From Octopus vulgaris (Eukaryota), in assembly GCA_951406725.2 (NCBI GenBank), contig OX597836.1, positions 27,466,001-27,530,000 of the forward strand: 64,000 nucleotides of DNA, given 5' to 3'. The notes under the pieces were generated by a model, which saw nothing but the letters and a program-made list of their open reading frames with translations, had not been told where the DNA came from and searched no databases. How positions within the stretch are numbered: the first letter of the stretch is position 1; each line of letters opens with the position of its first letter. The translations under genes and the position numbers were made by a program. Shown here piece after piece: positions 54,839 to 64,000 of the stretch.

Positions 54839-55180
54839 ATGTTTACGTATTTATATATATATATTGTTAACGTCTTAAGAATTTTGTAAACTTTAGAAAG
54901 CACATGAAATAATTCTGCTTTGGACTAGTGTATCTCGAAGCACACACGTAAAGCTATGAACAATAACTTGTAAATATTGGAAAACGAAACCCTTTCTCTA
55001 TCCAAAGGGGGTTTTCCCTATCCAATATTTAAATGTCATTGTTTATAGCTTTATCCGATGTGCTTCGAGACATACAATTTTGAAAAGCACGTACTCATGC
55101 GCATATATATCTATGTATGTATGTGTATTATTTATACAGCGTGTATATATTTACTTTTTAAATATATATTTGCTTATCTG

Positions 55181-55281
<101 letters not shown>

Positions 55282-55410
55282 ATTTGTATGTATGTCTGTC
55301 TGTCTGTCTATCTGTCTCTTTCTCTCTTTCCCTCTCTCTGTTTGTTGTTTACACACCCGTCTTTGTCTTTTGTTTATTTTTTCTCACTATATATATATGC
55401 AAATTCTCAC

Positions 55411-55461
<51 letters not shown>

Positions 55462-55583
55462 TGTGTGTGTATGTATATATATATAAATGCATGTATATAT
55501 ATATATATTTATATATATATATGTATATATATGTCTGTCTACCAGTCCATTCGTCCGTCCGTCCGTATGTCTGTGTTTACCTG

Positions 55584-55738
<155 letters not shown>

Positions 55739-56479
55739 GTCTGTCTGTCTTTCTATCTATTTATATGTCTATCTACCTGTCCGTCCGTCCGTCCGTCCGT
55801 CCGTCCGTCCGTCCGTCTGTCTGTCTGTTCATATTTGTGTGTATGTGTGTAAGTGTGTGTGTGTGTGTGTAACAGTGTGTGTGTGTGTAAGTGTGTGTGC
55901 GTGTAACAGTGTGTGTGTGTGTAAGTGTGTGTGCGTGTAACAGTGTGTGTGTGTGTAAGTGTGTGTGCGTGTAACAGTGTGTGTGTGTGTGTGTGTGTGT
56001 GTGTAAGTGTGTGTGCGTGTAACAGTGTGTGTGCATCACCGTTATTGTTACTGTAAGTCACCTCAGAAGGCTTAAAGGAGAAGAGGGAAACTGGGATAGT
56101 CTCGTTGTTGTGACGTGTCTCGACAGACAGCAGAAGCTAACAAGTTAAAATGTATTTATGGCAAGATACCTGTGTGCGTGCTTGCGTGAGTGCTTAACTC
56201 TGTGCATGTGTGTGCGCATGTGCGTGTGTGCATGTGTGTGCATTATTTGTGCAGCTAATGCACGAAATTAGTCGTAGTAGTAGAAGTTGCTAACCAAATC
56301 ACGGGGCGGTGCTTACTGCAGCAGCAAGTGCACGCGCACATGCCATGTGTTATTCGCGTGTGCACATGGCTGTGTGTGTACATGGCTGTGTGTGCACATG
56401 GCTGTGTGTGCATATGGCTGTGTGTGCACATGGCTGTGTGTGCACATGGCTGTATGTGCACTTGGCCAAACGTGGAGAG

Positions 56480-56606
56480 CAAGACAGAGGGGAAAAGGAG
56501 AGAGAAGAAAAGAAGAGAAAGGGAGGAAGGAGGGAAAGATGAAAGAAAGAAGGAAGGAAGGAAGGAAGGCAGAAAGGAAGGAGAGAGGAAGTAGGGAAGG
56601 AGGGAG

Positions 56607-56651
<45 letters not shown>

Positions 56652-57240
56652 GAGGGAAGAAGTAGGGAAGGAGGGAAGGAAGAAAGAAAGAAAGGAAGGA
56701 AAGATGGAAGGGAGGACGAAGGAAGGAGAGGAAAGAAGGAAGGAAGAAAGAAAGGAAGATAGACAGAAAGAAAAGAAGATGGAGAGGAAGGAGGGAAAGA
56801 GAGATGAAAAGAAAGAGGGAAGAAAACAAGGAAAGGACGAAAGAAGGAAGGAAGGAAGGAATGAAGGAAGGAGAAAAGAAAGAAAGGAAAGAAACAAGGA
56901 AAGAAATGATGCAAGGAAAAGGGAAAGCAAGAAAGAAGAAAAGGAAGAAAGAAATGAATGAATGAAGGCAAGAGGGAAGGAAGGAAGGAAGGAAGGAAGG
57001 GAAGAAGGAACGAAGGAACGAAGGAACGAAGGAACGAAGGAACGAAGGAAGGAAGGGAGGAATGGAGGAAGGAAGGAAGGAAGGAAGGAAGGAAGGAAGG
57101 AAGGGAAAAAGGAAGGAAGTAAGGAAGGAAGGAAGGAAAGAAGGAAGGAAGGAAGAAAGGAAGGAAGGAAGGAAGGAAGTGAGGGAGGAAGGAAGGAAGG
57201 ACGACAGAAAGGGAGGGAGGCAGATAACCAGTGAAAGAGA
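56480..57240 (+). repeat. Polypurine (GGAA/GAAA)n tract of about 760 bp, preceded by a 16-bp minisatellite at about 56360-56460
   Basis: Directly visible; minisatellite unit cacatggctgtgtgtg, about 6 copies. Confidence 0.95.
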
Positions 57241-57503
57241 AAGATGTCTTACACACAGAGAGAAAGAAAATATATAGGAAGGGAGGCTGAAATGATCCTG
57301 GTTTTAAGGGTGTCGCGAAAGGCCGGGTTGGGGGCTCAGCCTTCCGAGTTCTTTTATAGGGCTTAGGAAAACTGAAGGACCGCTGCAATGAATGTGTGTG
57401 CATCTGAGAGAGGAGTATTTATGATTAAAATCGTAATTAGCTGATCCTCCTGTATTTGCTGTTACCCTTAACGCCAGGAACTTGAACTTTTCAGCACACC
57501 CAA

Positions 57504-57545
<42 letters not shown>

Positions 57546-57564
57546 TTATATATATATATATATT

Positions 57565-57598
<34 letters not shown>

Positions 57599-57630
57599 TG
57601 TATGTATGTATGGGTGTGTATATATATATG

Positions 57631-57690
<60 letters not shown>

Positions 57691-57745
57691 TGTATGTATA
57701 TATATGTATATATATATACACATATATATATACATATATATATAT

Positions 57746-57872
57746 ACAATTGCAGCGTGGAAGGTGTTTATAAGCCATTTAAGAAACGCACAAAATTTAA
57801 ATGTTCAAGTGAATCTAACGGTTTTTGTGTGTTTGTTAAATGGCTTATAAACACCTTCCACACTGCAATTGT
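57746..57872. repeat. Inverted repeat, arms of about 50 bp
   Basis: acaattgcagcgtggaaggtgtttataagccatttaa...cacaaaa / ttttgtg...ttaaatggcttataaacaccttccacactgcaattgt. Confidence 0.85.
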
Positions 57873-57930
57873 TTTCGTTCCAGCACACGATCTCAGATCA
57901 ATTCACTCGCTATGCAAGTACATCTCCGTA

Positions 57931-58048
<118 letters not shown>

Positions 58049-58209
58049 CTATATCTATATCTCTCTATCTCTCTCTCTATATATATATAAGATAGAAAAT
58101 ATTTTAGTGGGGAAACACACGCGGGATTTGAGCTCAGAACCTTAAGAGACGGAAAAAATGCTTACCACCGTTTTGTCTGTCATGCAAACGGTTTTGGCAT
58201 CTTATCATC

Positions 58210-58285
<76 letters not shown>

Positions 58286-58298
58286 AAGTAATAATAAT

Positions 58299-58420
58299 AA
58301 TCCTTTCTACATAAGGCACAAGGCCTGAAATCTGTGGGGAAGTGGACTATTCTGTTACATCGACCTCTGTGTCCTCCCCACCCCAAAATTTCAGGCCTTG
58401 TTCCTATAGTAGAAAGGATT
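58299..58420. repeat. Two MetaSINE-type 3' tails in head-to-head inversion
   Basis: aatcctttctacataaggcacaaggcctgaaat ... atttcaggccttgttcctatagtagaaaggatt; same tail as 54088-54120. Confidence 0.8.
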
Positions 58421-59147
58421 AATTATATCGGGAGGTCTTGTGAGTGGATTTGGTAGGTGGAAATTGATACAATTTGGTAGGTGGAATTGACCAGGTATAT
58501 GTATGTGTGTGTGTGTGTGTGTATGTGTGTGTGTGTGTTTGTGTGTGTGTTCATGTGTGTGTTCATGTGTGTGTCCATGTGTTGTACACAACTGCTTGAC
58601 AACCGGTGTTGGTTTGTTTTCGTTGCCGTAACTTAGCTGTTCGGCAAAGACACCGTCATGATAAAGTACCACGCTTTAGAAAACTAAATACAGGGATCGA
58701 GGTGGTGCCCCAGTATGGCCGCAGTTCAATGACTAAAACATGTCAAAAATAAAAAATAAAAGTATAAAAGAACAAAAAAAAACAGGCAAAAATTATTTGG
58801 ATGGGGTTGTATAATCGATATTATCTCGACACCAATATATGACTGGTACTGACGTTACGGATACCTGAAGGTTCAACAGCAATTTATAGCTAGGGTCCTG
58901 TCGAACAGTCAGGGCGAAGAACTTTAATGAAAGCAGGTTGCTTCCGAGAGGATGACTGTTTTAGAGACTGTGACATCGAGGCTATTTTACCAAAATCACA
59001 GCCCCTCCTCTCGGGGCAAAAGTATATGCGTGTCTGTGTATGAGTGTGAGTATGTGCGTATACATATATACATACGTACATACATACATACATACATACA
59101 TACATACATACATACATACATACATACATACATACATACATACATAC

Positions 59148-59360
59148 GTCCGCTTTCTTCCGGTCATTTCATCATGTTCAACCGTTAAACTCCACACAGT
59201 TTTTCTCTCTCCTTTTTTTACTCTTCTGATTCCTTTCTGTTGAAGAGCATAGGCTCGAAACATCAAAAGCTTTCCCTTTCTTCCCGAGCGTCAAACCAAT
59301 AGCCCTGCTTGTTGTTCCCTCATCTGTCTTTGTCTTTTGTTCCCTGTACATTTGAACTGT
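59148..59360 (+). mobile_element. Penelope-type LTR fragment in (TACA)n with variant hammerhead at about 59233-59269
   Basis: cttt-CTGTTGA-A-GAGC-atag-GCTC-GAAA-CATC-aaaag; downstream tcccgagcgtc resembles 47697. Confidence 0.6.
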
Positions 59361-59468
59361 ACATACATACATACATACATACATACATACATACATACAT
59401 ACATACATACATACATACATACAATATTATAATGGAATAGTTTCTATGAAGCATTGTGTAGAGTGTAG

Positions 59469-59755
59469 GTAAGGCCAGAACAATGCGAAGTAAATGCCAG
59501 GCAGATCGCAAGAAAACAAATACATGAATTAATGTAGAAATACCTTGCATTTAATATTTCGGGGTTATGACAACCGGTGTTGGTTTGTGACACATATTCG
59601 GATACTCACACACACGCACATCTGCAACATTCGTTAATTTCTTGAAGATAGGGTCATAACGTCAAATTATTGAATGCAAGGTAAGTCTACATTAATTCAT
59701 ATATTTGTTTTCTTGTGATTTACCTGGCCTTTACTTCGCATCGTTCTGTTCTTAC
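59469..59755. repeat. Diverged inverted repeat, arms of about 100 bp, spacer of about 80 bp; arms begin in a hammerhead-like motif
   Basis: Left arm reversed: gtcataaccccgaaatatt...; right arm: ttgaagatagggtcataac... Confidence 0.8.
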
Positions 59756-60490
59756 TCTCAACCCAAGATAACAAAAGAATGAAAGTGACCTCGATATTAT
59801 GTAAATAGAGGAATTTATCTGTAATCGCTGTTGAAACAAATACATATATTAAAAATATAAAAATGGCATAAATATTTTTAAAAAATGATATAGACGTATT
59901 TCCAACATGAGAGATCGAGTCAGATCGATGATCTGATAGTTATCGACTGAGAAATAAGCTTTAAAATAATTCGACATCTGGTGTTTATTAAGGTAGTCGA
60001 ATACGAGTGGGAATGGTAAGTCTGGATAAATGGTAAATATGGCACTTGTCCATTGTTTACATCTTATCATGTATATAAATAAATATACAACAATACCTTG
60101 TCTATCGCTGGTGTTACGTTCCAAAAAAAAAAAAATACCCCGCGATAGGTGAAAATCCGCAATATAGAAACAGTACTGTATATTTTTTTATTATTATCTT
60201 TATATATTTAAGCTTTTATAAACTCTCTCCGCATTCTTAGGGATACCCGTGTCTTCTGTATTTTTTTTTCGGGTGAGGAACAAAGCGATGGGCAGCTGCT
60301 GGCGCTATCTTTTCTTCGGTGTAAGGAAGAAAGGCTTAGAAGGGCGACATCGTAGGGCTTGGTATAAATTCACAATTGTACACACAAATACAAAACAACA
60401 CCATGCACTCGTCCCCCGAGTCGTTTTCCATACAGTATGTGCGATTCTTTGTTTACCCATCTACAGTACACTACGTATTTTCTGTTAATA

Positions 60491-61234
60491 TTGGGCCGTC
60501 CGGAAAGTTCGTGCCGATTTTTAAAAGAAAGAAAAAGGTCAATAAATACTTGCCATTAAATTTTTTTTTTCTTAGCGGATCGTGTCGTTCGCGAGAAGAG
60601 ACTCAATAGATCGCAGTGTGGTAGCTGCTCTACTAAGCACGTCACTCCGAACGACAAGTCGGGTCGTATGCAAGCGATCCCTTTCGTCTCGATCTCTTCG
60701 AACTAGACGGGGCGGGACGAGCAGACGACGACGGCGCGGACGCCGCCGCCGCTGCGTCCCCAAATGGCAATTCCGCCGTCTCCATTTTTCCTTTAACTTG
60801 AAAATACCCACTTCCCTGGATTGAGGTGGTTTCATGGCAAAGAATTCATCAAGGTATCTTTTTACGTCATCCAAGGAATTGAAATTTTTACCATTAAGCC
60901 TATTCTACAGAGACCTGAATAAGTGGAAATCCGAAGGAGCAATATCTGGTGACTATGGAGGGTGGGGTAACACATCTCAGCCGAGCTGCAGCAATTTTTG
61001 CCCGGTTCCCAAAGCATCAAGTGCCGAAAATGAACTTTCTTATCTTCCATTTGAAAGGGTTACAAAATTAACACAGGTTATAGGAACATAAAAACCTTCT
61101 TCCACGAAAAGATAGCTTAAACTGTGCTCTAAATGGAGGTATAGTCAAATCCTATTTTATGGACTCAACCATATTCTAAAATATGTCGAAAGGTAAGCTG
61201 CTATAAATCGGCACGAACTTTCCGGACAACCCAA
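60491..61234 (-). mobile_element. Internally deleted mariner with both TIRs
   Basis: TIRs ttgggccgtccggaaagttcgtgccgattt / aaatcggcacgaactttccggacaacccaa, TA-flanked; MEDKKVHFRHLMLWE joined to LG*DVLPHPP*SPDIAPSDFHLFRSL...DDVKRYLDEFFA..GIFKLKEKWRR. Confidence 0.92.
60561..60776 (-). pseudogene. Retroposed 28S rRNA 3'-terminal fragment with poly(A)
   Basis: Minus strand: ...gcatacgacccgacttgtcgttcggagtgacgtgcttagtagagcagctaccacactgcgatctattgag... matches the conserved LSU 3' end (human GTAGCAGAGCAGCTCCCTCGCTGCGATCTATTGAAAG); GC-rich expansion segment upstream; A10 tail. Confidence 0.85.
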
Positions 61235-61404
61235 TATATTTTAATTAATGTTATACAGAGCAGTTCTGTACTCTATTTTTATAAATAAATTAATTAATTT
61301 TTAGGCATGAAAATAGTTATTGTACCACAGAAATAATTAAAATCTAAAAAGATATAAATACCTATCGGCCGCAGAAACCCACGATATGCTGAGGAGTACG
61401 CGAT

Positions 61405-61461
<57 letters not shown>

Positions 61462-61625
61462 TTATACATATACACGTGCGTGTATGTATATAATATATCT
61501 ATACTCACACTCATACACATACATGTACATATATATGCGTCTATGTATATATATATATAAATATATATATGTGTGCGTATATGTGTTTGAATATATGTGT
61601 GTATGTATATATATATATATATATA

Positions 61626-61742
61626 TTGGCCTGCTCGCTTAGCCAGCGGGGTGGCGTCATTCGAAGGCTAAAACAATGCGAAGCATTGTGACCAGCGATG
61701 TGTAACTACATCTGATAGAATGGTCGGTCACGTGATCACGTG

Positions 61743-61748
<6 letters not shown>
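61626..61748 (+). mobile_element. Stand-alone tail type 1 module (about 120 nt) in (TA)n
   Basis: ttggcctgctcgcttagccagcgggg...cacgtgatcacgtgacgtga flanked by (TA)n. Confidence 0.85.
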
Positions 61749-61799
<51 letters not shown>

Positions 61800-62364
61800 G
61801 TATACACATGTATATATATGCCTGTATGTATTTATTTGTGTATGCGTATTACGTGTTTAGTTTTGGAACACTATGCGCACATAATGTCGGCCATTTTGGT
61901 TGTGGTTAATATTCTTGTTTTATACCTCATTGCATTATAAAGAACATAAATATTCAAATATGAAAACTGACTGGTTAAATCCAAATCTTTCAACGAGGGA
62001 TTACACATCCGCCATGTTTAAGTCTCTCCCTCTTCCATTTGCAAGCGTATGTATTGTGCAACGTCTGCCATGAAACAACAACAACAAATACATTCGTTTT
62101 CCTCATCTTAAACATCCTGTTGCCTATCTTTGTTGTTGTTGCTGCCTGATGTTGTCATTGTGGTTGTTTTTGCTGCTATTTATGTTGTTGTTGTTGTTGT
62201 ACTCAACCAAATGCTATGCTAGTCTTTTGCATAATTTCATTACATCATATCTACATCAACTAAAACGCTGTTCTGTTTGTTGTTTAACCCCAGGTGGCTC
62301 TCCTGTTCGAATAGACCTATAATCAAACGATTTCGAGCTGTTATTGCTGATACTGCTGCTAGTG

Positions 62365-62695
62365 AAGGCGCGTGGCTTTGTGGTTAGGCTGACGATCATA
62401 AGGTCGTGGCTTCGATTCCTAGCGGCTCGTTGTGTCCAAGAGCAAGGCTCCTTATTTCATGTTGCTTCACTCCATTCAATTGACAAAACTGAGTTGTGCC
62501 TGTAATCCAAAGGAGGGTGGGGGTCAGCCTCATCGCATTCACTGTCACTCTGAATCTCCCCGAGTACCACGTTAAGGGTACGCGTGCCTGTGGAGTGCTC
62601 AACCACTTGCACTTTAATCTCACGAGCAAAGCTGTCCCGTTGATCAGATCAACTGGAATCCTCGTCGTCGTAATCAACGGAGACTCAGTTAGCTC
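62365..62695 (+). mobile_element. Older SINE: 9024-type head and core joined to tail type 2
   Basis: gaaggcgcgtggctttgtggttagg...gagcaagg...ttatttcatgttgc, then cgttaagggtacgcgtgcctgtggagtgctcaaccacttgcac...ctcgtcgtcgtaa. Confidence 0.75.
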
Positions 62696-62980
62696 CACAT
62701 CTTGAATACTCCACTTTCGAGGTCTTTGTACTTTGACAATTTCCCCACTTCTGTTGGGGCAGCATTTTGGTCAGAAGTGACTCCAATGTCTATCACTAAG
62801 CAGGTGTTTTTGTATTTATTTTTTTCCAATCATTGATTATTTTGTCTGGGCAATTAGCTTTTATTTCTTTGTCGGTTTGAAGAGGTATATGCCAGAGGAT
62901 TGTGGCCTGGTCGTTGTCTTGTAGCTTGTTTTGCACGTGTTTAAACCAGTTGATATTATTATTATTATTATTATTATTAT

Positions 62981-63370
62981 TCTCTCTTTACTCTTTTACT
63001 TGTTTCAGTCATTTGACTGCGGCCATGCTGGAGCACCGCCTTTAGTCGAGCAACTCAACCCCGGGACTTTTTCTTTGTAAGCTTAGTACTTATTCTATCG
63101 GTCTCTTTTGCCGAACCGCTAAGTGACGGGGACGTAAACACACCAGCATCGGTTGTCAAGTGATGTTGGGGGTGACAAACACACACACATACACATATAT
63201 ACATATATATACATATATACGACAGGCTTCTTTCAGTTTCCGTCTACCAAATCTACTCACAAGGCATTGGTCGGCCCGGGGCTATAGCAGAAGACACCTG
63301 CCCAAGATGCCACGCAGTGGGACTGAACCCGGAACCATGTGGTTGGTTAGCAAGCTACTTACCACACAGC

Positions 63371-63371
<1 letters not shown>
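62981..63371 (-). mobile_element. Family A SINE inserted in (ATT)n; another 3' part at 63870-64000
   Basis: Reverse complement of the 43113-43518 type; ATT repeats on both sides. Confidence 0.9.
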
Positions 63372-63469
<98 letters not shown>

Positions 63470-63755
63470 CATCATCATCATCATCATCATCATTAAATTC
63501 TGACTTCATATGACGAGCAAAATCTACGAGGAAAAAAAATTAACGAGATATTGGTTTAGTGAAATGGAATTTCACTTTGTGACGATTCAGAGCGTTTGAT
63601 GTAACTGTTTAGTTTAATAATATAAAATATTATCCTACACTTGTTTTATTAACTCCCTTGAGATGCTTCGTAACGTTTTACTGGCAAACAATATGTCAGT
63701 AGCGACCTCGTCAACTTTTTTAAAGGCGACATATATATATATGTGTTGTGTGTGC

Positions 63756-63803
<48 letters not shown>

Positions 63804-63818
63804 ATATATATATGTATG

Positions 63819-63864
<46 letters not shown>

Positions 63865-64000
63865 CACACTCTCTTTTACTCTTTTACTTGTTTCAGTCAT
63901 TTGAATGTGGCCATGCTGGAGCATCGCCTTTAGCCGAGCAAATCGACCCCAGGACATATTCTTTGTAAGCTTAGTACTTATTCTATTACCTTCTTTTGCC

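Larger units (their letters stand above)
60086..61405 (+). mobile_element. Degenerate Tigger/pogo-like non-autonomous element hosting the mariner insertion
   Basis: Left end tacaacaataccttgtctatcgctggtgttacgttcc...ccccgcgataggtgaaaatccgc; right part ccgcagaaacccacgata...cgcgata; right TIR not seen. Confidence 0.5.

Noticed and set aside
60572-60874. Arg-rich protamine-like ORFs on both strands
   Set aside because: They are explained by read-through from mariner into the GC-rich 28S fragment.

Overview
This is an AT-rich, microsatellite-saturated eukaryotic intergenic or intronic window. The repeat families (tRNA-derived SINEs including a MetaSINE-type family, Dong/R4-like, RTE, CR1-like and Penelope-like retroelements, mariner/Tigger/hAT/Merlin-like MITEs, a Helitron and a probable Gypsy solo LTR) resemble an Octopus (coleoid cephalopod) genome; that assignment is an inference, not checked. 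I found no credible host protein-coding exon: nearly all ORFs in the track are translations of simple repeats, and the rest are transposon fragments. The most interesting signals are non-coding. (1) A Penelope 3' end carries a tRNA-like Pol III head, (TAA)n and a minimal hammerhead ribozyme, present in two inverted copies. (2) Several foldback palindromes have arms that look like retroelement 3' ends pointing outward, and two appear centred on hammerhead helix II. (3) A polyA-tailed 28S rRNA 3'-end fragment sits inside a mariner inside a Tigger-like element. (4) A 7-unit SINE concatemer has a fixed junction that recurs at another locus. (5) Two short structured 'tail-only' modules (about 45 nt and about 120 nt) recur with fixed 5' ends. 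All family names and RNA folds were assigned by eye.
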